NCBI RefSeq assembly: GCF_003351905.1 | Contig: NZ_CP022339.1 | Span: forward strand, 330,001-362,000 | Origin: Candidatus Saccharimonadota bacterium | GTDB taxonomy: Bacteria > Bacteroidota > Bacteroidia > Cytophagales > Amoebophilaceae | Direction: 5' to 3' | DNA: 32,000 nucleotides | In this document: positions 17,472 to 26,129 of the stretch, in pieces | Position numbering within the stretch: position 1 is the first letter of the stretch | Layout of the letters: every line of letters begins with the position of its first letter | Program-made: the position numbers and the translations under genes | Notes under the pieces: generated by a model | What the model saw: only the letters and a program-made list of their open reading frames with translations | Databases searched by the model: none | What the model was told of the DNA's origin: nothing

Positions 17472-17870
17472 ATGAAAATCAGTACAAAAAATAAGATCAA
17501 TGCTTCTTTTAGCATGGCGTCTATGACTGACATTATATTTTTACTATTGATTTTTTTACTGATCACAGCCAGTTATAACCCCAAGGCATTACCTGTTGAC
17601 TTGCCATTAAGTACGAATGAAAAAACCGAATCTGCAGCCATCAATGTAACCATTACCGCTCAGCTGGTCTATTATGTAGAAGGGAAGCGCGTTGCCTTTC
17701 ACCAATTACAAAATGTATTGCAGGATATATTGGCCAAAACATCCAATAAAGTGGTTGTATTACATATGGATAAAGGGCTTGCTATAGCCCATATGGTTAA
17801 AGTAGCAGATATGGCTAATCAATTAGGGGCTGCTGTGGCTATAGCAACCGAATTTGAAAAGAAACGATGA
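17472..17870 (+). CDS. exbD: ExbD/TolR-family biopolymer transport protein
   Basis: 132 aa. ...SMASMTDIIFLLLIFLLIT... is a single N-terminal TM helix with the conserved D, followed by an ExbD-like periplasmic domain. Confidence 0.8.
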   Translation: MKISTKNKINASFSMASMTDIIFLLLIFLLITASYNPKALPVDLPLSTNEKTESAAINVTITAQLVYYVEGKRVAFHQLQNVLQDILAKTSNKVVVLHMDKGLAIAHMVKVADMANQLGAAVAIATEFEKKR

Positions 17871-18541
17871 GAAATAGTTGGTTATTTTCTCCAGATGGAA
17901 AAGGAGTTGCGTTATCAATTGGGTTACATCTATTTATTTTAGGGTTAGCCTATTTTATACAGCGTACGCCAGTTCCAGGCATCTCTAGGGGGCAAGCTTA
18001 TAGGATTGCACTGCAGCCGACCAGTGCCTATACTCCAGCCAACCACCACCAGCCTGACCATATACCCCAGGCCTCCATACAAACCGTTCGTTCAGCAGTC
18101 ACCCAGGCTGATAAGCCATCTAAAAATCGATTCAAAAAGAAGCCTTTACGTCCACCACAGCGGCGCCGGAAGCAAATAGGTGGTGCACCACAGAAAAAGT
18201 CACAACCCCATCAAGCTCCTAAGATAGATGAACGAGGTTTATACCACAACGGACAAAACCGTGGGAAACAAGCCGGCGCGACTCTTGAATTAAGGGGATG
18301 GGAATGGGATGCCCTACCTGACCCAAAAGATACTACCGAAGAGTTTGGTAAAATAGTTTTTGAAATTAAAGTAGATGAAGACGGCGAAATTATTTCTATC
18401 CAAACGATAGAGAAAACAGTGACTCCTATGGTAGAAAAGATTTATACAGACGCATTGCGTGCCCTTACCTTTAGCAAAACCGCGGAGACACCATCTGGTA
18501 TCTCTACAGGTAAGGTTACCTTTGTAATAGTAGCAAAATAA
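17867..18541 (+). CDS. TonB-like energy-transducer candidate (TM anchor, Pro/basic-rich linker, small C-terminal domain)
   Basis: The ATGA overlap with exbD indicates translational coupling. It has an N-terminal TM helix (VALSIGLHLFILGLAYFI) and a P/Q/K/R-rich spacer. The C-terminal GKIVFEIKVDEDGEIISIQ...TGKVTFVIV resembles the TonB C-terminal fold only weakly. Confidence 0.5.
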   Translation: MRNSWLFSPDGKGVALSIGLHLFILGLAYFIQRTPVPGISRGQAYRIALQPTSAYTPANHHQPDHIPQASIQTVRSAVTQADKPSKNRFKKKPLRPPQRRRKQIGGAPQKKSQPHQAPKIDERGLYHNGQNRGKQAGATLELRGWEWDALPDPKDTTEEFGKIVFEIKVDEDGEIISIQTIEKTVTPMVEKIYTDALRALTFSKTAETPSGISTGKVTFVIVAK

Positions 18542-18617
18542 TATAGTTATTAGGCTTGCTGCTGAGGCGCTACTGTTGGTTCATGTACCTGTTTATTCAT
18601 GATAATGCTATGCAAGC

Positions 18618-18649
18618 TTTGTGAAAAAATAAAAAAGTTAATAGCTTTG
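18618..18649 (+). promoter_or_regulatory. Candidate Bacteroidota-type promoter for the gld operon
   Basis: TTG (18618-18620), 21 nt, then TAGCTTTG (18642-18649) fits the TTG ... TAnnTTTG consensus. It lies about 40 nt upstream of the gldK start. This is a sequence match only. Confidence 0.3.
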
Positions 18650-18690
18650 TTCAGTTTGGTAGTTCACCAAAGCGTCTTTTCATAAAATAT

Positions 18691-19728
18691 ATGTTTATGC
18701 TTCTAGTTTCCTACAATCGTTTTTTACCTAAGCACTTTAGGCATAACCTAGCGAGGCTATTATGGCTTGCCTATATAACAATAAGTAGTTGTAGTGCACT
18801 GCTTGATGATGAAGGAGAAATTATAGGTGACAACAATAAGTCCACATCGAGCAATAAACCGCCCATAGGGATGGTCCTTATTCGAGCCGGTAGCTGTGTG
18901 ATGGGCAGCGGTGTGAATCAAAGTGTAGTGGCCAAAACCAATATCACCCAAATGGTAACCGTAGGGCCGTTTTATATGGATGAGGCGCCCGTTACCAATG
19001 CGCAATACCGCAAATTCATAGCTATTGTGCAAGCGGACCCGGCCGCATATGGATTAGACGAAGCCTATATCAATGAAAAGCTTATGCCTGACCCAACCGT
19101 TTGGAAAAGGGATTTTGGCTTTATGTTTATGGACGATTCATTTGGTAAAAGCCATTGGGAGGATCCGCGCTTTGATGCCCATCCTGTAGTAGGCATCACT
19201 TGGGAAGCGGCACAACAGTATGCACGCATTCGTACCATTCGTAGGAATAAGCATTTAGAAGCGAAGGGCCGTCCGCCTGGACCTAGCTTTAGGCTGCCTA
19301 CAGAGGCTGAATGGGAACGTGCGGCAAAAGGCGGTAAAGAATCTGGCCAGTATCCATTTGGAGGACCTTCTGTAAGAGATAAGAAGGGAAACTTATTGGC
19401 TAACTTTCAGGTTACAAAAGGCAACTATGCAGCATCTGGTTATGCCTATACCTCTCCGGTAAAGGCTTTTCCACCCAATGCTTATGGGCTTTACGATATG
19501 GCAGGTAATGTCTATGACTGGTGTGCAAATGTACCCAGCACTTTGTTGATCCATAAAAACGAGACAATTAGCCCATTTTATAAAGATGAAGACGGTGTCT
19601 TTAGGGTCATTAAAGGAGGCTCTTGGAAAGACTATTCCTATGCACTACAAACAGGTGTTTCTGATTATGAACATAAAGATATGGCGCGTGCCTATATTGG
19701 CTTTAGATGCGTGATGTCTGCCATATAA
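18691..19728 (+). CDS. gldK: T9SS/gliding lipoprotein GldK (PorK), FGE-sulfatase-fold family
   Basis: Lipobox ...ITISSC. IGMVLIRAGSCVMGS...VTVGPFYMDEAPVTNAQYRKFI...HPVVGITWEAAQQYA...RLPTEAEWERAAKGG...YGLYDMAGNVYDWC...VIKGGSW are the formylglycine-generating-enzyme-like motifs of GldK. Gene order is K-L-M-N. Confidence 0.8.
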   Translation: MFMLLVSYNRFLPKHFRHNLARLLWLAYITISSCSALLDDEGEIIGDNNKSTSSNKPPIGMVLIRAGSCVMGSGVNQSVVAKTNITQMVTVGPFYMDEAPVTNAQYRKFIAIVQADPAAYGLDEAYINEKLMPDPTVWKRDFGFMFMDDSFGKSHWEDPRFDAHPVVGITWEAAQQYARIRTIRRNKHLEAKGRPPGPSFRLPTEAEWERAAKGGKESGQYPFGGPSVRDKKGNLLANFQVTKGNYAASGYAYTSPVKAFPPNAYGLYDMAGNVYDWCANVPSTLLIHKNETISPFYKDEDGVFRVIKGGSWKDYSYALQTGVSDYEHKDMARAYIGFRCVMSAI

Positions 19729-19791
19729 TTTTTAATTGATATGGATTGTATGAATCATATCCTTATAGACTATTTAAATCCTTAAAATATT

Positions 19792-20607
19792 ATGAAATAT
19801 AATTTCACAAACCATTCTTTTCAGCACAAATTTTATGGTACCATCATGCCCTTTATCTACAATATTGGTGCAGCTATTGTAATCTTTGGGGCTATGTTTA
19901 AGTTATTAAACCTACCTGGAGGCAGCATCATGCTGGGCCTTGGCCTCTCTACAGAAGCATTGATTTTCTTTTTGAGTGCTTTTGAGCCTAAAGAGCAAGA
20001 GATAGATTGGTCACGCGTCTATCCTGAACTAGCGCCTGATTATAAGGGGCCTCCTTTGGCCCATCGTGCTGCAAAATCAGCGCCGACCATTACCCAACAA
20101 TTGGACCAATGTTTAGAAAAAGCCTCTATAGATAGTGCTTTATTGGAAAAGTTAGCCGCTACTATGCGTCGTTTTGCAGAACGTATGGAAAATGTACCTT
20201 CCTTTACTAACCTTAGTAAGGTTACAGAAGCCTATGTGGACCAGGTAACGCAGGCTACGCAAGTGATGGGAGATATTGCCAAAGTAAATGACGCAGTTGG
20301 GCATACACTACGTTCGTTTACTACGCTATCCTCTGAAGATAAATTGACGCATTATTTTAGTCAAATGGAAGAAATGGCCCATACACTGACCTCCATGAAT
20401 GGGCTCTACAAGCAAGCTTTAGCCCATATGGAAGCCCAGAACACCCATACTAGTGCACGCTATGCCCATTTAGAAACCGCTTTAAAAGCGATGGAAATAG
20501 CAGGTAGCGAGGCGATACACTTTAAGCAAGAGCTTGCTTTGCTCAATGAAAAAGTAACCGCCCTAAACGAAATATATGCCAAGACCTTAACTGCCTTTAA
20601 AAGCTAA
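19792..20607 (+). CDS. gldL: T9SS/gliding motor protein GldL (PorL)
   Basis: IYNIGAAIVIFGAMFKLLNLPGG..MLGLGLSTEALIFFLSAFEPKEQEIDWSRVYPELA closely parallels the two-TM N-terminus of GldL as I recall it. A coiled-coil-like cytoplasmic tail follows. Confidence 0.8.
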   Translation: MKYNFTNHSFQHKFYGTIMPFIYNIGAAIVIFGAMFKLLNLPGGSIMLGLGLSTEALIFFLSAFEPKEQEIDWSRVYPELAPDYKGPPLAHRAAKSAPTITQQLDQCLEKASIDSALLEKLAATMRRFAERMENVPSFTNLSKVTEAYVDQVTQATQVMGDIAKVNDAVGHTLRSFTTLSSEDKLTHYFSQMEEMAHTLTSMNGLYKQALAHMEAQNTHTSARYAHLETALKAMEIAGSEAIHFKQELALLNEKVTALNEIYAKTLTAFKS

Positions 20608-20688
20608 AGCGCATAGATATAGCCTGCTGTTTTGTAGGCCAACCACCAAGTGTTGAAGCAAAGAATTGTGCATAAATGTTAAAATAGT

Positions 20689-22269
20689 ATGGCTAAAGCA
20701 AAATTAAGTCCTAGGCAAAAAATGATAGGGGTAATGTACCTAGTGTTAACGGCTATGTTGGCACTACAGGTCAGCTCTGGTGTATTAGATAAGTTCGTCC
20801 TACTGAGTGGTAGCATTGATAAAAGTAGAACCCTACAATTCAGCCACAATCAACGTGCCATTCAGGCATTAAAAAATACAGTAAAAGATATGGGCAATCG
20901 TCCAGAAGATATGAAAATACTCGGACAAGTCTTGGCGATGCATCAGGATACCGTAGCGTTGGTTGGGTATATTGATGGATTAAAAAAGCAATTAATTGAT
21001 GCAGAGGGCGGTATAGATCAGGTCACCAAATTACCCAAAGGGCTCAAAAATGATGGAGCAGTAGCCCGTCTTATGATGAACAAAGGAGAAGGGGATCTGT
21101 TAAAAACTAAATTAAAGGCCTATATAGCACAGCTCGCTAAGCTGGTACATAAGCCTTATGCACCTATCGCTTTTGATGCAAAAGACCATGACTTTTTTAG
21201 TCATGATCCCAATCAAGCGAAGAAAGATTTTGTTGCCTTAAACTTTGACCACACACCGCTTGGTGCTGCATTGGCTACATTGAGTCAGTTTGCATCTGAG
21301 GTAGTCACTACAGAAGCAGATGCCATTCACACATTGGGCAACATGATTGGTTCCTCTGATGTTAAATTTGACACGCTTAAGTTGCTTGCCAATACCAAAT
21401 CTTATATCGTTGCTGCTGGAAGCAAGTATGAAGCGGATTTAATTTTAGCCGCCTCTTCCTCTGCCGTTTCTCCAGAGATGTTTATCGATGACCAACCCGT
21501 TGTGGTAGAAGATGGTGTAGGCAAAATCTCCTTTACTGCTTCTCCTGGTAAATACGACAGCCATGGATTGGCCCAAAAGAGCTTTAAAGCTGCTATAAAA
21601 TTGAGACTACCTGGGGGTAAGGAGTCGACCATTACAGAAGATATCGCTTATCTAGTAGCCAAGCCTGTGATTCAAGTAAGGGCTGCTACGGTCCAGTCGC
21701 TCTATCGGAATTGTGGCAATGCGTTAGATATTCAAGTCCCTTCTCTTGGCGCCAGCTATAACCCACGGTTTAAAATAGAGGGAGGTACCCTCATCCCTGG
21801 GTCTAAACGAGGCGTAGTCACCGTGATTCCTAAGGCGAACCAGGTTCAGTTAAAGGTATATAATGCCGACGCCTTAATAGGAACAGAATCATTTATGGTA
21901 CAAGACATTCCCATTCCACAAATTGTGATTACCACTAAAAATAAACCCATTGACATGAAAACAGGCGTACCGGCGCCTGGCCCTAGGGTAGTAGAGGCAA
22001 AAGTCATTCCCAATAAATATTTTCAGGATTTTCTACCCAAAGATGCCCGGTACCGCGTAGCTGAATGGGCAATTACGTTGGCCAGAGGTAGCCGCCCTAT
22101 TCATACATTAACGGTAAACCATAGTGTAGCGGACTTGCACAGCATAGCATCGTTGGCTAGGCCAGGCGATCGGTTGGTTATTGAAATAAAAAAGATAGAA
22201 AGGCAAAACTTTAAAAATGAAGTTGAACCCATTATAGATGGCTCATGCTTCAATATTTTACTTCATTAA
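20689..22269 (+). CDS. gldM: T9SS/gliding motor protein GldM (PorM)
   Basis: The N-terminus KLSPRQKMIGVMYLVLTAMLALQVS is the characteristic GldM start. The product is 526 aa with a single TM helix and a long periplasmic region. Confidence 0.85.
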   Translation: MAKAKLSPRQKMIGVMYLVLTAMLALQVSSGVLDKFVLLSGSIDKSRTLQFSHNQRAIQALKNTVKDMGNRPEDMKILGQVLAMHQDTVALVGYIDGLKKQLIDAEGGIDQVTKLPKGLKNDGAVARLMMNKGEGDLLKTKLKAYIAQLAKLVHKPYAPIAFDAKDHDFFSHDPNQAKKDFVALNFDHTPLGAALATLSQFASEVVTTEADAIHTLGNMIGSSDVKFDTLKLLANTKSYIVAAGSKYEADLILAASSSAVSPEMFIDDQPVVVEDGVGKISFTASPGKYDSHGLAQKSFKAAIKLRLPGGKESTITEDIAYLVAKPVIQVRAATVQSLYRNCGNALDIQVPSLGASYNPRFKIEGGTLIPGSKRGVVTVIPKANQVQLKVYNADALIGTESFMVQDIPIPQIVITTKNKPIDMKTGVPAPGPRVVEAKVIPNKYFQDFLPKDARYRVAEWAITLARGSRPIHTLTVNHSVADLHSIASLARPGDRLVIEIKKIERQNFKNEVEPIIDGSCFNILLH

Positions 22270-22289
22270 TCCATTAATTGTACACTATT

Positions 22290-23072
22290 ATGTCTCTTAA
22301 AAAGTGTTTTTTTGTTTTATGTATTTGGTTAAATGCCCTTGCGCCATCCTATGGGCGTATTGATCATTTGTCGCAAAGTTATAATCCGCATGCCACGCGC
22401 CCCATAGCTAGGGCCTATGTTTTATATGCCAAAAAAGTTTGGCGGGAAATTTATTTGAATGAAAAGGAAAATACCCCTTTTTTTATGTCTGGAAAGGAAA
22501 TGCCCAAGGTCATTATAGATGGAGCCAAAAACGGGTTACTGGTACCTTATACAGATGATACACTAGCAGAGGCCATGCCTCTAGAGCAATTATTGAAGCA
22601 CTTACAAATTCCAGGAGCAGATGCATCAACCACTGCGCATGAGTTTTTCCCAAAGGAAATTTCTACTTTAAGATTCGTAGAACATGTAATCTTTAATAAA
22701 ATTACGGCTAGGCAAGAGTATGATATTGAATCTATTCAGTTAATTGTACCGGGTAGAAACAATCCGCCCACCTATTTAGATCGGCCCATAGCTACTTTCA
22801 AATATAAAGATGTAATAGATTATTTTAACAAGCTGCCTTTCGAATCAGTTTGTTGGTACAACACTGCCAACGCTGCAGAAAATTTAACTTGGGTAGATGC
22901 TTTTTCACTGCGGCTATTTGGTAGTAGGATTGTGAAAGTGGGCAACTTAGATGATGCCACTGTAGATGAGTTATATGAAAAGACACCTGGTGATGGAAAG
23001 GGACTGCTTGCGTCTCAAAGTCTAGCCAGAGAAATTGATATAGAATCCGAGATATATTTATCGGAATATTAG
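22290..23072 (+). CDS. gldN: T9SS/gliding periplasmic protein GldN (PorN)
   Basis: ATG at 22290 gives a signal peptide (MSLKKCFFVLCIWLNALA). ...VLYAKKVWREIYLNEKENTPFF...VIIDGAKNGLLVPYTDD parallels the GldN N-terminal region. It sits immediately after gldM. Confidence 0.7.
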   Translation: MSLKKCFFVLCIWLNALAPSYGRIDHLSQSYNPHATRPIARAYVLYAKKVWREIYLNEKENTPFFMSGKEMPKVIIDGAKNGLLVPYTDDTLAEAMPLEQLLKHLQIPGADASTTAHEFFPKEISTLRFVEHVIFNKITARQEYDIESIQLIVPGRNNPPTYLDRPIATFKYKDVIDYFNKLPFESVCWYNTANAAENLTWVDAFSLRLFGSRIVKVGNLDDATVDELYEKTPGDGKGLLASQSLAREIDIESEIYLSEY

Positions 23073-23106
23073 CTGGTAGGGTAAGCAGACGTAACCTTGT
23101 AAATAG

Positions 23107-23703
23107 ATGTACCCACTCCTTATAAGAATAAAACGTTTGATGCTGCTTTTAGGCGTATGTATTGGTTTTACTTGTGTTGCATCACCTTCTATCCAGGCGG
23201 CTCCTTCTATAAAGCCTTATCCTATCCCACTTACCATAGCTGCTATAGCGCTCCATCTTCCTTATGTGGTGCACTGGTGTGGCAGCAAAGAGAAAAACCT
23301 CTATAATAGATTATTGTATAAAGGAGATCATCATGAAGCACTATGGAATCACGGTTTAAATCTAATCAATTTGGTCTCTTTAAGCCGTGAAATGCCTGCC
23401 AAGCCCCTCTTTTTAACGGCTGCTATTTTATTCGGTTTACAAACCACCACCTATGTTTTTTGCAACGCTCACGGCGTCTCTTTGGTATGGTCTGGTCTAA
23501 CAGGAATGCTCTTTCATAGATTATGTATACAAAAGCAAATGAAATGGCATTTGCTTTTAGCTATACTACTCAATAGTGCTACATTGGTCTATTATAGTTA
23601 TCACGCGCCAGCTGTCACTACCTTTGCCCATCTAGGAGGTGTTGCCATCGGTTTTGGCTTATCATTTGTACTCCCCTATAAAAAAACCTTTAATGATGAA
23701 TAA
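23107..23703 (+). CDS. Polytopic membrane protein, possibly a rhomboid-family intramembrane serine protease
   Basis: About 6 TM helices. WNHGLNLINL (H/N motif), VWSGLTGMLF (x-S-G) and FAHLGGVAIGFG (AHLGG) occur in the rhomboid order. The motifs are degenerate. Confidence 0.4.
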   Translation: MYPLLIRIKRLMLLLGVCIGFTCVASPSIQAAPSIKPYPIPLTIAAIALHLPYVVHWCGSKEKNLYNRLLYKGDHHEALWNHGLNLINLVSLSREMPAKPLFLTAAILFGLQTTTYVFCNAHGVSLVWSGLTGMLFHRLCIQKQMKWHLLLAILLNSATLVYYSYHAPAVTTFAHLGGVAIGFGLSFVLPYKKTFNDE

Positions 23704-23983
23704 TTACTATCCATTCAGCCGTATGGAGAAGCTATCCCAGAAGCCTTGTACCAGTAGCCTATTCATGTGCTACTGTCAATAAGCGTTGAAGCTTGAAGAT
23801 AGGTAAAAAATCGCTAAAATTGCGTTTCAGTTGCTGATTATAGTACCACCGTACGTACGTCGGATTAACTCCCATTTATGAATATTCAGGCTCATCGGTA
23901 AGAAAAAAAGTTCATACCAATCGTCATGGGAACCCCCAATTGCGTTAGTTGACACCATTCAAGCGTCCAGCCAATGTGTGTGA

Positions 23984-23993
23984 GGGGGGGGGG
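23984..23993. repeat. G10 homopolymer tract in a non-coding spacer
   Basis: tga-gggggggggg-ataaatg counted directly. An A-rich run, aaaaaaaacaaaaaacaaaaaaa, lies about 45 nt downstream. Confidence 0.9.
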
Positions 23994-24131
23994 ATAAATG
24001 AGTGGGGAAGGGGCCCCTATAGCTTTTATCAAAAAAAACAAAAAACAAAAAAATGATACTGCAAAAGAGTTCCTAGCAACAAACCCCCTTTCACACGCTA
24101 TACGAAGCCCCCAAGATCAAAATAGCCCTTT

Positions 24132-24575
24132 CTAGATAGGCACTACGTCAAAGGTTAGTGTATAAGAAACCGTTTCGTGCAAAGACAACACCGCCTGATA
24201 GGTTCCTGTTTGCTTAATAGGCGATTCAATCGTTATCTTAGTATAATCCACCGCAACACCCTGTTCCTTAAGAGATTTAGCAATTTGTAAAGGCGTAATA
24301 GAACCAAATATCTTACCACCTTCACCGACCTTGGCACGCACTACCACCTTGGCATCTGTTAAAAGAGGCAACAGTGCTTCAGCAGCGGCTTTTAACTTTA
24401 ACACTTTGTGCGCAGCTTGTTTTGCATTTTCAAGTGCAACCTTTTTATGCATATCACTAGCCACAACCGCAAGCCCTTCAGGAATTAGATAATTCCTAGC
24501 ATAACCCGCTTTAACTGAAACGATGGCACCTTTATTGCCTAATGTTTTGTGTGCACGCTGTAATATTACTTCCAT
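24132..24575 (-). CDS. rplI: 50S ribosomal protein L9
   Basis: MEVILQ...LGNKGAIVSVKAGYARNYLIP.GLAV is the classical L9 N-terminus. It is the last gene of rpsF-rpsR-rplI. Confidence 0.95.
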   Translation of the reverse strand: MEVILQRAHKTLGNKGAIVSVKAGYARNYLIPEGLAVVASDMHKKVALENAKQAAHKVLKLKAAAEALLPLLTDAKVVVRAKVGEGGKIFGSITPLQIAKSLKEQGVAVDYTKITIESPIKQTGTYQAVLSLHETVSYTLTFDVVPI

Positions 24576-24582
24576 CTTTGGT

Positions 24583-24834
24583 TTACTTTAAATTATCCGC
24601 TACATAAGGAAGTAAAGCAAGCTGCCTAGCACGCTTTACAGCACAAGCTACCTTTTTTTGATATTTCAGACTATTACCGCTAATGCGTCTAGGCAATAGC
24701 TTGCCTTGCTCATTGAGAAACTTCATTAAAAACTCAACACACTTATAGTCGACATATTTAATGCCATATCGCTTGAAGCGACAAAACTTCTTAGTGATTG
24801 TTTTTTTCTGTATTGATTCATTTACTAAAGTCAT
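24583..24834 (-). CDS. rpsR: 30S ribosomal protein S18
   Basis: ...KFCRFKRYGIKYVDYKCVEFLMKFLNEQGKLLPRRISGNSLKYQKKVACAVKRARQLALLPY is the S18 signature. Confidence 0.95.
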   Translation of the reverse strand: MTLVNESIQKKTITKKFCRFKRYGIKYVDYKCVEFLMKFLNEQGKLLPRRISGNSLKYQKKVACAVKRARQLALLPYVADNLK

Positions 24835-25190
24835 AGCGCTACTGCTTTCTTAGATTCGTTTATCCCATCATCCGACCGCCTGGCCATGTTATGCGCTAGG
24901 CCATGCTTGTCTAAAGCAAAAGTTAAAAAACGCAACACCTCCTCATCTCTTGCATAAGCAACCTCCAACGCTTGAATCAAGCTAGGATCACCTGTAAATT
25001 CTATGAGATGATATACCCCCCTTTTTTTATGCTTTATTTGGTAAGCCAATGGTTTTAAACCGATCTCCTCTTCATGCGTGATGGCGGCATTACGCTCCAT
25101 TAAAAAAGATCTATACTTATTTATAGATGCTTTAATTTGATCGTTAGAAAGTACTGGTGATAGTATAAATACCGTTTCGTAATGTCTCAT
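24831..25190 (-). CDS. rpsF: 30S ribosomal protein S6
   Basis: ATG at 25190 gives MRHYETVFILSPVLS..., the canonical S6 start. The tracked upstream extension is rejected. There is a 4-nt overlap with rpsR. Confidence 0.95.
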   Translation of the reverse strand: MRHYETVFILSPVLSNDQIKASINKYRSFLMERNAAITHEEEIGLKPLAYQIKHKKRGVYHLIEFTGDPSLIQALEVAYARDEEVLRFLTFALDKHGLAHNMARRSDDGINESKKAVAL

Positions 25191-25359
25191 GTTATATGAA
25201 TATAATGTCCAAGCCTGGATACCGGATAACAAAAACGAAGTTCTAAAAAGAAATTGATAAAGTCAAGTAAATTTTTATAATTTATATAGGATGTTGTATA
25301 GCATTGTATGCATGTATAAAGATTTATTGGTTTTTTTATATGACTTAACCCTTGTAACC

Positions 25360-26022
25360 ATGAACGTAGGAATAGAATCATCGTGGAAAACTGAGCTTGC
25401 TGAAGCGTTTGAAAAGCCTTATTTCAAAACGTTAGCGGATTACGTACGGGCCGCCTATCGCAGTGGCACCATCTATCCAGCACCTAAAAATATCTTTAGA
25501 GCCTTTGACCTTTCTCCCTTTTCTCATACCAAAGTGGTGATTTTAGGGCAAGATCCTTACCATGGCCCAGGGCAAGCAGATGGGTTGGCTTTTTCTGTTC
25601 CCTTAGGCATCGCTTTTCCCCCTTCATTGCGCAATATTTTTGTGGAATTGCAAGCGGATTTGGGGACTTCAGTGCCCGCTTCTGGCTCATTAGAAGGTTG
25701 GGCCAAACAGGGGGTATTGTTGTTAAATGCCACGCTGACTGTGGAAGCGCATAAAGCAGGGTCTCATCAAAACCAAGGCTGGGAGTTTTTTACGGACGCA
25801 GTGATACAGGCCATTTCCAGCCGCAAACAACACGTCGTATTCATGCTATGGGGCAGCTATGCTGGTAAAAAAGAAAAGTTGATTGATGCGCAACAACATC
25901 TGATCTTAAAATCGGCCCATCCTTCTCCGTTATCTGCCCATAGGGGTTTTTTTCAAAGCAGGCCTTTTAGCAAAACGAATGCCTATCTATTGGCTACAGA
26001 CCAAACACCTATTGCGTGGTAA
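25360..26022 (+). CDS. ung: Uracil-DNA glycosylase (family 1)
   Basis: VVILGQDPYHGPGQADGLAFSV (water-activating loop) and SAHPSPLSAHRGF (HPSPLS Leu-intercalation loop). ATG at 25360 gives MNVGIESSWKTELAEAFEKPYF. Confidence 0.95.
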   Translation: MNVGIESSWKTELAEAFEKPYFKTLADYVRAAYRSGTIYPAPKNIFRAFDLSPFSHTKVVILGQDPYHGPGQADGLAFSVPLGIAFPPSLRNIFVELQADLGTSVPASGSLEGWAKQGVLLLNATLTVEAHKAGSHQNQGWEFFTDAVIQAISSRKQHVVFMLWGSYAGKKEKLIDAQQHLILKSAHPSPLSAHRGFFQSRPFSKTNAYLLATDQTPIAW

Positions 26023-26129
26023 AGGGTGGTTTTATCGTATCCATGCAGCCAATGGCCATACTAAAACAAGAATAAAAATGCCTTATCCCTTTACTTTTAC
26101 AATGGTCTCATCCTTAAGTGGGCGCCATA

